A DNA stretch of 63,867 nucleotides, the filler included, from Octopus bimaculoides (lineage: Eukaryota), in the NCBI RefSeq assembly GCF_001194135.2. It is 5 parts of 5 records of this genome, joined end to end, with 100 filler letters (N's around TTAATTAATTAA, not from the genome) between each part and the next. Parts side by side here need not be neighbours in the genome. Positions count along the whole stretch, not along the records: positions 22,785 to 50,605 come from NC_068987.1; positions 50,706 to 57,907 come from NC_068991.1; 3 more parts are not named here. One strand, 5' to 3'. Made by a program: the position numbers and the translations under genes. The first letter of the stretch is position 1; every line of letters begins with the position of its first letter. Below are positions 41,451-53,577 of this stretch, one piece after another. The notes under the pieces are model-generated. The model was given only the letters and a program-made list of their open reading frames with translations. It was not told the origin of the DNA and searched no databases.

Positions 41451-42137
41451 NNNNNNNNNNNNNNNNNNNNNNNNNNNNNNNNNNNNNNNNNNNNNNNNNN
41501 NNNNNNNNNNNNNNNNNNNNNNNNNNNNNNNNNNNNNNNNNNNNNNNNNNNNNNNNNNNNNNNNNNNNNNNNNNNNNNNNNNNNNNNNNNNNNNNNNNNN
41601 NNNNNTTAAATTATATGTATTTATTTTATCCTAATTAATAATAATTCGGATAGAATAAATGGGTAAATAGAAACCAGGGTAGCAAAGATCACAAAATAAC
41701 TGTGGTGTAATTCATGTTAGTGTGGCAGAAACTCCTTGATATTTTGGGTATTTCAGTATATATAAATTTAAGGAATGGAGTGAACGCATGTTATAACTGC
41801 ATACTTTATTCCGACATATGTTTCGAAGAATTGTAATTTATGCGATCCATAGGAATCGTCGATATTAAAAATGTAAACTTCTCTGCAGGGAAATGTATGG
41901 GAACCATCTTAAACGTAAGACATTATGACCGAGTATGATAACTATAGTTGGATAAGGTTATAACGTAATTACGTTATATACAGGGGCAAACAATTCGGGA
42001 GAAGAAATATATAATTCTCGAAAATTAACTTGCTAAGATATTATTAATTTTGTTATCATCTGGAATGACTATTTGAAGAAATGATAATAAAAGAATTAAT
42101 AACATAGGCGATCACAGGCCCAAGAAAAGCATTAAAT

Positions 42138-42319
42138 AGCTGAAGGATTAAAATCAAAATTAACCAAAGGACATATTAAATATGTTTGCCTGCTGGAAAT
42201 AACAGTCAAAACTCTCAGTGTTATCTTTGGCGATTTAAATGAGAGTTTTGACTGTTATTTCCAGCAGGCAGACATACTTGGTATGTCCTTTGATTAATTT
42301 TAATTTTAATCCTTTAGCT
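42138..42319. repeat. 80-bp-arm inverted repeat with 22-nt loop
   Basis: 42138-42217 and 42240-42319 are reverse complements with about 7 mismatches; flanking sequence has Penelope-like GAAGAG...CTCGAAACG motifs. Confidence 0.9.
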
Positions 42320-42454
42320 CTCTGTGTTCCTTTCTGTGGAAGAGCCCAGGCTCGAAACGTTAAGGACTTTTTCAATTCCTGAGCGTTATACTAATATATC
42401 TATTTGTTTTCTACACCACCTGTCCTCGTCTGTTGCTTCTTTTTTGTGAATTCT

Positions 42455-42488
<34 letters not shown>

Positions 42489-42912
42489 NNNNNNNNNNNN
42501 NNNNNNNNNNNNNNNNNNNNNNNNNNNNNNNNNNNNNNNNNNNNNNNNNNNNNNNNNNNNNNNNNNNNNNNNNNNNNNNNNNNNNNNNNNNNNNNNNNNN
42601 NNNNNNNNNNNNNNNNNNNNNNNNNNNNNNNNNNNNNNNNNNNNNNNNNNNNNNNNNNNNNNNNNNNNNNNNNNNNNNNNNNNNNNNNNNNNNNNNNNNN
42701 NNNNNNNNNNNNNNNNNNNNNNNNNNNNNNNNNNNNNNNNNNNNNNNNNNNNNNNNNNNNNNNNNNNNNNNNNNNNNNNNNNNNNNNNNNNNNNNNNNNN
42801 NNNNNNNNNNNNNNNNNNNNNNNNNNNNNNNNNNNNNNNNNNNNNNNNNNNNNNNNNNNNNNNNNNNNGTGATACCACATATTTTGCTTGTCTGTTGCGT
42901 TTCAAATATATA

Positions 42913-44156
42913 CAAAGACATGACAGAAGTAAATAGGCACCTTTATAATCGTTAAAATTTATTTAAATCTGAAATTATATATTCAAATTATTCATTAATT
43001 GTTATAATGTGAATATTTAGTATTTAGTAGACATGCTCCTTGCATTTTTCAATGCAAGGACCCTATTAGGCATGTTAATGATCAGATGGCGAATATTCTC
43101 TTGAGGAATTTCTTGCCAAGTTTCATGCAGTAATCTCGAAAGATTTGGCTTTGAAGATGTTTTCTTGGTCTTTTTATGAAGTGTCCTGTCCATTGTGCCC
43201 CAGAGGTATTCAATAGAGTTCATATCTGGTGACTGGGTTGGTTATGGAAGCTTTTTAATGCCCTTCTCATCCAACAAATCTTGGGTTATTTTAGCTGTGT
43301 GACAAGGAGCCCCATCTTCCGTAAGTAAAGAGTCTTCTGTAATCATTTCATCACTGGAGAAGATTGGAAGGAGTTTTTCTGCAATATAGACACATATTTA
43401 TCTGAGTTTATGTTTCCCTGGCACTCCACCAGGTCTGATCAACCATTACTCCAAATAGCTCCCCAGACCATCACAGAATAGCTTCCATGTTTCATTGTTA
43501 GCTACAATCTTTTCACGTCAAATTCTTGATCACAGAGTCTCCAGACCCACACTTGATCACTGTCAGGAAATACAGTAAATCTGGACTCGCTGGAGAATAT
43601 GACAGTCTTCCAAAATGCTAGTGGCCTATCCACCACCTCTCACTGGCTCAATCTTTTCTCCGCTTGATGTTGGCTGGTCAAAGAAGTGGCTTCCTTTTTG
43701 TTGCTCTGCCATAGTAACCAAGTTTGTGGAGATACCTGACAGCTGTTCTGGGACTGATATCAACGTGTTCTGCTATGTCAGAGGCCCTGCAATGAGGATT
43801 ATCCGCCACACTTCTCTTAGTAAAGAGAAGGGTGCTGTCAGAAGGTCCTGGTTGATCTGGGTGATGTAATGTGGACTCCTTTCCTTCTCTGGTGAATTAC
43901 ACAATCACCCTATTAACTGCAGAAAGCGGGATCCCAAAGTTTTCTGCAATTTTACACTATGTCCACTTTCAGAATGACCCACAGTATGGCCTCTTTAAAA
44001 TTTGGACGGTTCCAAGGCTTCTTTTGTACATGGCATGATTAAACAGTCGCATACAGAACCTGAAACATAAAAAATGTCAATTAATAAAAGATATAAACCA
44101 TTACAAATTAAAATAAGCATAAAGCGATGGTTTACGGGGTGTCTATTTACTTCTGT

Positions 44157-44166
<10 letters not shown>
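42913..44166 (-). mobile_element. Near full-length Tc1-family DNA transposon with dead transposase (about 43017-44035)
   Basis: TIRs ACATGACAGAAGTAAATAG(G/A)CACC at both ends, TA on the left. Transposase motifs FWKTVIFSSESRF, VMVWGAI, GAPCHTAK, SPDMNSIEYLW and MPNRVLA...STKY; stops and frameshifts present. Confidence 0.92.
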
Positions 44167-44206
<40 letters not shown>

Positions 44207-44904
44207 GATGTTTGTATACATATGTACATACTTACATACGCCCACACCCGTATATGTGTGTGCATATGATGATGATGGTGATGACAGTGATGACGACGAC
44301 GATGATGTTACCATCGTTGACCATCATGATGATGGTGATGATGATGATCATGATGAATGGTATATTTCGATAATGTTGTTGATATTGTTGTTTGTCATCG
44401 TCGTTTGATAGATTTTCCCATGTTTATCGATTCCTTTTCTTTGATGTGACCGCTCTTGTTAGCGTGTCATCTGTTCTGTCATCCGTATCCTACTCCCCCA
44501 CCACAACCCCACCATTACCAACCTGTTATCCACTTCATTGACAAAGGGTAGGTGGAAAGAGAAGAGGGTGTTGTTATAATGAACATGGTGGACGGCAGCA
44601 ATGCTCGGCCGGAAGTGTACAGCCGGAAATATGGAACGCAAAGACGCCTAAAACTCTAAAACCGATTCCAGTATTCGTTATTGGTTGAATGATAAAAGAG
44701 TAATAAAGGGCCTTACGGGATTTGATTAGAGAATGTTACGTTCGGAGATCAAATCCAGCTGGGGTGAAATTTTCTATTTATCCTTTAGAGACTGATAAAA
44801 TTAAGTACCATGCAAGCATTGGAGTCGATTTAATCGATTATATCTTTCCCTCAAAGACACACGAACACGCGCGCCTCACTTTGCTCCATCTCGCTTGATT
44901 TCAT

Positions 44905-45065
44905 CCAAATGCTGTTGTGCTTCCAAGAATAAGGAAATCTTTCTACGCTCGTAACATTTTCCCTCGAACTGGAAACTTTGGAACTCTTTCCCATCTCATT
45001 GTTTTTACCCTTCTTATGGCCTGAACTCTTTTAAGTCTAAAGTAAATTCATTCCTTTCATCTTAA
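44905..45065 (+). mobile_element. LINE (Jockey/CR1-like) C-terminal remnant
   Basis: HPNAVVLPRIRKSFYARNIFPRT / LWNSFPS...SYGLNSFKSKVNSF with one frameshift. Confidence 0.45.
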
Positions 45066-45910
45066 TTTCTCATTCTTCGTAGTCTCTTACACCAGGTCGA
45101 GTAAATTTTTTTAACCAATTACCCCCAAAATATATTAACTGTTGCAGACAATTACCCCATTGAGGTCGATTTCGCTTTCCATTCTTTCGGAGTCGATAAA
45201 AAATGTACCAGTTAACCATTTGGCTTGATGTAATCAACTACCCCTCCCCTTAAAATTACTGGCTTTGTGCCAAAATTAGAAAAAAATATTTTGGGGAGGG
45301 AAAAGGTGAAGAGCTGGCAGGATCGCGAATGCGTCAGGCGACATGTTTGGCAGTGTTTCTGCTGGCTGTTTTCATTGTTTTCAAATGCCGATAAAATAAG
45401 TATCTATTGAGTATTGGGGGGTCGATATAATCGAACTAGACCCCTTCCTATAAAAACTACTGGCTTTGTGCCAAAGTTTGAAACCGTTATTTATTAGAAG
45501 TGAAGTAGTTCAGAGTCGAGGTCGCGACGGGGGTTCTTTTTCCCAGGCGAAGTTATTTCACTTTAGTGAAACGTTTCTATTGTTTTGTGGAAAGGGATTC
45601 CCATAATTATCGCATTATCTGATTTTCTCCTTTCCTCTAAAGGGAAGAGGAGGGGCCCAATATGTTTAAGCATAATGAACTAATTTTCATTGGAAGTGAA
45701 GCGAGAGTTCTTGTGCAAATGTTAAAATTTCGTAGAGTCAAATCCAGGAAGTGTTAACACTTTACGTTTTTCACTGCAACACACTTATTAATCTTCTCTA
45801 TACGCATTTTGTTTTCGATTACGACTTCTAATGTTTTGGAGGAAAGCATGAATATTTCCTGTCAATAGAAATGAAAATAAAAAGAACAAACAAAGAACAA
45901 AATAATCCAT

Positions 45911-46012
45911 AGGCGCAGGAGTGGCTATGTGGTAAATTCCTTGCTTCCCAACCACATGGTAATGAGTTCAGTTCCACTGCGTGATACTTTGGGCAAGTGT
46001 CTTCTACTATAG
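45911..46012 (+). mobile_element. 5' part of SINE family B fused to a Dong LINE
   Basis: AGGCGCAGGAGTGGCT...GGGCAAGTGTCTTCTACTATAG matches the first ~100 nt of the 53578 copy, then switches to LINE ORF sequence. Confidence 0.85.
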
Positions 46013-47475
46013 ACGAGTTAGATCAATACTAAAAACGGAGCTCAATGCTAAAAACAAGATAATGGGTATTAACACTTTAGCTGTCCCAGTTATAAGCTAC
46101 AGCTACAATATCCTTAACTGGACACTAAACGAACTATCTAAAATAGACAGGAAAACAAGAAAAATAATGACAGGATATAGGATGCACCACCCAAAATCTG
46201 ACATAGAAAGGCTATATATACAACGCACAGAAGGTGGCAGGGGTCTTATACAGCTGGAAAACTATTATAAAATAACCACCATAGGACTGCAAAAATACCT
46301 ACTCCAGAAACAAGGAAAACTAATATAAATAGCCACAAAACACGAGCAAAACAAAAAACTGTTTTCAGTATTTAAGGNNNNNNNNNNNNNNNNNNNNNNN
46401 NNNNNNNNNNNNNNNNNNNNNNNNNNNNNNNNNNNNNNNNNNNNNNNNNNNNNNNNNNNNNNNNNNNNNNNNNNNNNNNNNNNNNNNNNNNNNNNNNNNN
46501 NNNNNNNNNNNNNNNNNNNNNNNNNNNNNNNNNNNNNNNNNNNNNNNNNNNNNNNNNNNNNNNNNNNNNNNNNNNNNNNNNNNNNNNNNNNNNNNNNNNN
46601 NNNNNNNNNNNNNNNNNNNNNNNNNNNNNNNNNNNNNNNNNNNNNNNNNNNNNNNNNNNNNNNNNNNNNNNNNNNNNNNNNNNNNNNNNNNNNNNNNNNN
46701 NNNNNNNNNNNNNNNNNNNNNNNNNNNNNNNNNNNNNNNNNNNNNNNNNNNNNNNNNNNNNNNNNNNNNNNNNNNNNNNNNNNNNNNNNNNNNNNNNNNN
46801 NNNNNNNNNNNNNNNNNNNNNNNNNNNNNNNNNNNNNNNNNNNNNNNNNNNNNNNNNNNNNNNNNNNNNNNNNNNNNNNNNNNNNNNNNNNNNNNNNNNN
46901 NNNNNNNNNNNNNNNNNNNNNNNNNNNNNNNNNNNNNNNNNNNNNNNNNNNNNNNNNNNNNNNNNNNNNNNNNNNNNNNNNNNNNNNNNNNNNNNNNNNN
47001 NNNNNNNNNNNNNNNNNNNNNNNNNNNNNNNNNNNNNNNNNNNNNNNNNNNNNNNNNNNNNNNNNNNNNNNNNNNNNNNNNNNNNNNNNNNNNNNNNNNN
47101 NNNNNNNNNNNNNNNNNNNNNNNNNNNNNNNNNNNNNCTAAAAGAAATGGAAAAACTTTCAAAATACAAAGACCTGGAAATAGAGATAACTCGAATGTGG
47201 AATCTAAAAACAGAAACAATTCCTATCATAGTAGGTGCCTTAGGTATAATAAAAAAATATTCAGACAAATACATAACAAAAACACCAGAACTTACAAATA
47301 TATATATAACATACAGAAAATTGCACTACTAGGCACTGAACACATCCTACGCAAAACACTTTCAATACAGTAACCATAAGAGCATCACAGCAAACCACAG
47401 CACATACCCAAGGTGCACAGAGCTGCGCTCGGTAGTGAAGTGAAAGCACGTTATAAAAATAAAACTACTGAACAA
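46013..47475 (+). mobile_element. R4/Dong-type LINE, 5'-truncated (family 2), central part in gap
   Basis: RRVRSILKTELNAKNKI...HHPKSDIERLYI.R.EGGRGL, then KLSKYKDLEIEITRMW...PIIVGALG; 3' UTR ends AAAACTACTGAA followed by (CAA/TAA)n. Confidence 0.92.
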
Positions 47476-47712
47476 CAACAATAATAATAATAATAATAAT
47501 AACCCAATACTCATAGATGAAAGGGTTGTAAAAGGAAGCCAGAAAGACAAAATATACAAGTTGCATCAATCTAACATGGCTTCAAACGCTTATTACAATT
47601 CTATATTTCTGAGGTGAGAAGTTTATATTATGCACACTGTTTATATTAGGCGGATTGGTCTCCTCATATTGATGTTGCAACAATCAATGAGGAGACCAGT
47701 CTGTCAAACAGT

Positions 47713-48053
47713 AAAAGACCCCTTTCGGTCACGAATGACCATGGGATTGCACCTAGAAAGTTACCCTCCGAGGCACAAGTCCGAGCAAGGTTGTTTATGG
47801 AAGACCAGCAGTCACCCGTGCATACCAGCCTCCCCTCCACACGCCACTGATGTTAGCCAGGGGAAAAGCAAAGGGGCCGATACAGCTTGGCACCAATGAC
47901 GTCACAACTCATTTCTACAGCTGAGTGAACTGGAGCAACGTGAAATAAAGTGTCTTGCTCAAGAATACAAACACACAGCTCGATCCAGGAATCGAACTCA
48001 CTGCCTTATGATTGTGAGCCCGACGCTCTAATCACTGAGCCACGCGCCGTCAC
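47713..48053 (-). mobile_element. SINE family D
   Basis: Reverse complement of the 6867-7214 element. Confidence 0.85.
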
Positions 48054-49975
48054 ATAATTCAAACGCTTAGTTTCTGATTTCGAATCCCACTTGTGCCAAT
48101 TTTATCTTTTATTCTTCCGAAATTGATAAAATTACTTGCTTAAACCTTTCGATCCCTAAAGAGGGGCCTTTCTCTAATGTTCTCGACTCGGGGCTGTCTT
48201 AGGTCTTTCTTAGGTCCTCTTTGTTTTGAATTGTCATCGATACTTCAGTAATTTTTTTTTTCTATTTAGGGGTATTGTCCCTACACAAACCCATTCTTAC
48301 GTCTGAGAAGAGGTGGCTCAGATTAGTCTGACCCCCATCTATTGACCTGTCCAGCAGGGGAGGCCCTATAAGGAGCGTGTACTCAGCTGGCATAGCTCTT
48401 AGGGAACACGCGGTAACATCAGCGTCAATAGCAACAACAGCAATAATAGCGGTTATAACAGTGATGATAGCAACAACAACAACAACAACAGCAGCATCAG
48501 CAGCAGTTGCAAGTGTAACAGCAAAGCCAATAGCAACAGTCGCAGCGATAGCAGCAACCAAGTCTGTAATAGCAACGAGAGCAACAGCAGCCACAGAGAC
48601 GACGACGACGACGAGGGCTGTAGCTGCGATGGCGATGGAGGCGAGATCGATATACGGAGGCATCAGATTGAGTACAATGGGTGTCAATAACATGACAATG
48701 TTACCAACGTATGGCGGAGTGGTTTAACGGGTGGCAGGGTATAAAAGAGTTGAGAGGAGGGTGTGCGGGTGGTGGTGGTGATGATGGGATGGGGGAGAGG
48801 AGGCGGTGGTGATGCTGGTGTCTGTGTGAGACGGTGGTGGTGGTGGTGGTGGTGGTGGTGGTGCTTTAGTAGCAGCGGTGGTGTTGGTGTTAGCAGTGAT
48901 GGTAGTGGTGGAGGCGGTGATCTTGGTAGCTGTAGCGGCGGTGGTGATGGTGACATTGTTAGTAGCGATTGTGGTGGTGGTGGTGGTGCAGAAACGTGGA
49001 AGTGGTGTGTATGTGTGCGATGTGGTCTTTTATAGAGGTGACGGTGGCGGAAGCAGTGGCGTTGATGGTGGTGGTGGTGGTGGTAGTGTTTGTATTAGTA
49101 ATAGTGGGGGGGGGTAGTGTGAGTGGGCATGGCAGTTATGTTAATAGTTGTGGTGTTGGCGGTGGNNNNNNNNNNNNNNNNNNNNNNNNNNNNNNNNNNN
49201 NNNNNNNNNNNNNNNNNNNNNNNNNNNNNNNNNNNNNNNNNNNNNNNNNNNNNNNNNNNNNNNNNNNNNNNNNNNNNNNNNNNNNNNNNNNNNNNNNNNN
49301 NNNNNNNNNNNNNNNNNNNNNNNNNNNNNNNNNNNNNNNNNNNNNNNNNNNNNNNNNNNNNNNNNNNNNNNNNNNNNNNNNNNNNNNNNNNNNNNNNNNN
49401 NNNNNNNNNNNNNNNNNNNNNNNNNNNNNNNNNNNNNNNNNNNNNNNNNNNNNNNNNNNNNNNNNNNNNNNNNNNNNNNNNNNNNNNNNNNNNNNNNNNN
49501 NNNNNNNNNNNNNNNNNNNNNNNNNNNNNNNNNNNNNNNNNNNNNNNNNNNNNNNNNNNNNNNNNNNNNNNNNNNNNNNNNNNNNNNNNNNNNNNNNNNN
49601 NNNNNNNNNNNNNNNNNNNNNNNNNNNNNNNNNNNNNNNNNNNNNNNNNNNNNNNNNNNNNNNNNNNNNNNNNNNNNNNNNNNNNNNNNNNNNNNNNNNN
49701 NNNNNNNNNNNNNNNNNNNNNNNNNNNNNNNNNNNNNNNNNNNNNNNNNNNNNNNNNNNNNNNNNNNNNNNNNNNNNNNNNNNNNNNNNNNNNNNNNNNN
49801 NNNNNNNNNNNNNNNNNNNNNNNNNNNNNNNNNNNNNNNNNNNNNNNNNNNNNNNNNNNNNNNNNNNNNNNNNNNNNNNNNNNNNNNNNNNNNNNNNNNN
49901 NNNNNNNNNNNNNNNNNNNNNATGTGCAACAAGGTGGAAAAAAGAGTACTCAAATACCAGAGGTAGAGTAATATG

Positions 49976-50092
49976 CTTTATTTAAAAGCAGCAGAAATAT
50001 AACAAAAAAACTGTTACTCTGAGTTTCACGTTCCCGTTCCCAAACTCAGAGTAACAGTTTTTTTGTTATATTTCTGCTGCTTTTAAATAAAG
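49976..50092. repeat. Perfect 51-bp inverted repeat with 15-nt loop
   Basis: 49976-50026 is the exact reverse complement of 50042-50092. Confidence 0.95.
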
Positions 50093-50572
50093 TATATATA
50101 TATATACATATGTGTGTTACCTCATATATATTTAAATGTGGTCGACCGCCAAACACCTCTCATGTCCACCTCCCATGCTCCTACCTCAGGGCTCTCCCTC
50201 TACACACGCCGGCTCGATTTCATTCGTCCTCATTTAGTCGGAAGACGTCTGTTGTTATATTCTGCTTGTTTGTATTTGTAATTATGCAACATCTCCTCCA
50301 TTTTTGTCTTCGTTGTCCAACACATTCGCTTGCTTTCTTACAAAAGAATTTAATGCTCTCTTAGCTTAGACTTTTTGGGGGCAACCAGATTCGAACAGTC
50401 CCAAGTGTATCTGCCTGAAACTGTAAGGACAATCTGGAAACTTGACCGATGAAAGAAGGCCACGAATGACCCGTACTTTTTTGTCCTTTCCCTCTATTTG
50501 TTGTTTTTCTGTCCGCCTTTGTATCATCTATCTGTCCGGATGTCTTATTGTCCACTATTGCGTTTTTGTTCC

Positions 50573-50605
<33 letters not shown>

Positions 50606-50705
50606 NNNNNNNNNNNNNNNNNNNNNNNNNNNNNNNNNNNNNNNNNNNNTTAATTAATTAANNNNNNNNNNNNNNNNNNNNNNNNNNNNNNNNNNNNNNN
50701 NNNNN
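50606..50705. other. Artificial scaffold linker
   Basis: Same 100-bp N/TTAATTAATTAA/N construct. Confidence 0.9.
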
Positions 50706-51041
50706 AACGTGCAAGTGGCTGAGCACTCCACAGACACGTGTAGCCTTCACGTAGTTCTCGGGGGTATTCAGCGTGACACAGAGTGTGACAAGGCTGGCCC
50801 TTTGAATTACAGGCACAACAGAAACAGGAAGTAAGAGTGAGAGAAAGTTGTGGTGAAAGAGTACAGCAGGGTTCGCCACCATCTCCTGCCGGAGCCTCGT
50901 GGAGCTTTAGGTGTTTTCGCTCAATAAACACTCACAACGCCCGGTCTGGGAATCGAAACCGTGAACCTATGACAGCGAACCTATGACATCGAACCTATGA
51001 CCGCGAGTCCGCTGCCCTAACCACTGGACATTGCGCCTCCA
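50706..51041 (-). mobile_element. SINE family C, with a 14-bp unit triplicated in the head
   Basis: Reverse complement of family C; GAACCTATGAC occurs three times at about 50963-51001. Confidence 0.88.
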
Positions 51042-51409
51042 ACATATACATCTAACACCATCATTTTATGATATGTTTTTGTTACTTAAAGCGGCGAGCT
51101 GAAAGAATCGTTAGCACACCGGACAAAATGCTTAGCGGAATTTCTTCCGGCTTTTTACGTTCTGAGTTCAAGTTCCATCGAGGTCAACATTACTTTTCTT
51201 CTCGGGATCTGAAAAATAAAGTATTCGTTGAGTAATCGACTTACTCCTCTCACGAAAATTGCTGGCCCGGTACCAAAAAGTGAAACCGCTACTGTTGCTG
51301 CTGCTGCTGCGGCTGCTGCTGCTGCTTTTATTGCTGTAGATATAGATGTTGTTGTTGCATTCCATTCACAACGCTTGAGCTACTTTAAGGCCTCTGTGAA
51401 CGTTACTCT

Positions 51410-51795
51410 GTGGAGGTGCAATGGCCCAGTGGTTAGGGCAGCGGACTCGCAGTCATAGGATCGCGGTTTCGATTCCCAGACCGGGCGTTGTGAGTGTTTA
51501 TTGAGCGAAAACGCCTAAAAGCTCCACGAGGCTCCGGCAGGGGGTGGTGGCGAACCCTGCTGTACTCTTTCACCACAACTTTCTCTTACTCTTACTTCCT
51601 GTTTCTGTTGTGCCTGTCATTCAAAGGGTCAGCCTTGTCACACTCTGTGTCACGCTGAATATCCCCGAGAACTACGTTAAGGGTACACGTGTCTGTGGAG
51701 TGCTCAACCACTTGCACGTTAATTTCACGAGCAGGCTGTTCCGTTGATCGGATCAACTGGAACCCTCGACATCGTAAACGACGGAGTGCCAACAA
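51410..51795 (+). mobile_element. SINE family C with 11-bp TSD
   Basis: AACGTTACTCT at 51399-51409 and 51799-51809. Confidence 0.9.
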
Positions 51796-52720
51796 CAAAA
51801 CGTTACTCTACGGCTGCCCTAACCACTGGGCCATTGCACCCCCCACAAATTCTAAACGAGCAGGCATACAATCAAAGCCACTCCAGCCGTGACTAACACG
51901 TTTGTTTCTTTTCTTTTCTTTTCTTTTTTCCAGCCTGCATTATTAGGTACAGCCTTTCTTTTTACAAGGCGGTAAAGTGGGATTTCAAGTAGGAGAGATA
52001 TTAATTTCCGCGTATGTAGATGCGTGAGAACTTATCTGTGTGTGCATGTCAGTGCGTGTGTGTCTGTGTGTACATATATATATATGTGTGTGTGTGTGTG
52101 TGTATATATATATGTGTGTGTGTATGCGTGTAAATGATATGTCTAGATGAGTATGTATTTCACAAACGATATCTGTTCATATGTCTATAAATAAGAGTGA
52201 GAGCGAGTAATATAGTAATGTGTTAATCTCTTTGTTTCTATGCGAGTCTGCGTGGCGGAGGGTTGGGTGGATATGTGTGTGTGTGTGTGTGTGGGTATGT
52301 GTGTATGTGTGTATGTGTGTGTGTCTGTTGTGTATGTGTATAGTGTGGTGTGTGTGTGTGTGTTGTGTTGTGTGTGTTGTGTATGTTGTGTGTGTGTGTG
52401 TGTGTGTGCGTGTGCGTTGTGTGTGTGTTGTGTATGTGTTGCGCATGTGTGTGTATATTGTGTGTGTGTGTGTGTGTGTTGTGTGTGAGTTGAGTGCGTG
52501 TGTGCTGTGGATGTTCTGTGTGTGTTGTGTGTGTTGTNNNNNNNNNNNNNNNNNNNNNNNNNNNNNNNNNNNNNNNNNNNNNNNNNNNNNNNNNNNNNNN
52601 NNNNNNNNNNNNNNNNNNNNNNNNNNNNNNNNNNNNNNNNNNNNNNNNNNNNNNNNNNNNNNNNNNNNNNNNNNNNNNNNNNNNNNNNNNNNNNNNNNNN
52701 NNNNNNNNNNNNNNNNNNNN

Positions 52721-52760
<40 letters not shown>

Positions 52761-53531
52761 TGTGTGTGTGTGTGTGTACGCGTCCAGCATGAATAAATGG
52801 CTTGTGTGATTATGTTCGAAGCATGGACAAACGGTTAAAATGTTCGTTTCGCAACCATGAGCTCCGCTCTTGAGTCCTACTATGTTTATATCTTGGGCAA
52901 GTATTCTTTTTACCATAGCCACGAGGGTGCCTAAGGTACGTGAGGGGGATTTCCAGAGATGGAAACTATGGAAATCCTTCTGGTAGATTCTACCGCCACT
53001 TCAAATGTTCATCCTGTTACGCTGGTTCTACAGAAGCCTTATGTTAAGAATACATTTGTCTATGGAATACTCTGCCACTTAGACTACAATTCAATTCAAT
53101 AGACAAACCACATGAGAGAACTATTCGTACTTACGACGGCATACACACGGCTTGGGTCGAGCTGGTTCCGCCTAACAAGTTCGTCATGTCCTTCACGAAA
53201 GCTGATCACGTCCGACGGTCGGCTTTAGCGTCGTTCCAGCATGCAAAGAGTCCAGATTACAAATCTGACAAATGCTACACTAGGAGGGCAATTGCGTCGG
53301 ACAGCGTGGACAACGTTCCCGGTAGTCGTCATTTGTCGACGAGGTCTGGTCGAACAAATCGATCCTTGAAGGTTTCTGGTCGAACAAATCGGCCCCACTA
53401 CTTCTTTTGAATCTGCTACACTTAATTCATCCAGATTATCTTAGCCGAATCGCTAAGTTGCAGAGAACAAAACAAACCGACACCGGTTGTTAATTGGTGG
53501 TGGTGGTGGACAAACACAACGACACGCACAC

Positions 53532-53576
<45 letters not shown>

Positions 53577-53577
53577 C

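Noticed and set aside
48262-49170. Ala/Thr-, Gly- and Val-rich ORFs resembling mucin or antifreeze proteins
   Set aside because: Degenerate (GCA/ACA/GGT)n repeats; no domain or linked splice structure.
53150-53280. CpG-rich minus-strand exon candidate with gtaagt donor
   Set aside because: All three frames contain stops; it could be a UTR exon but nothing links it to a gene.
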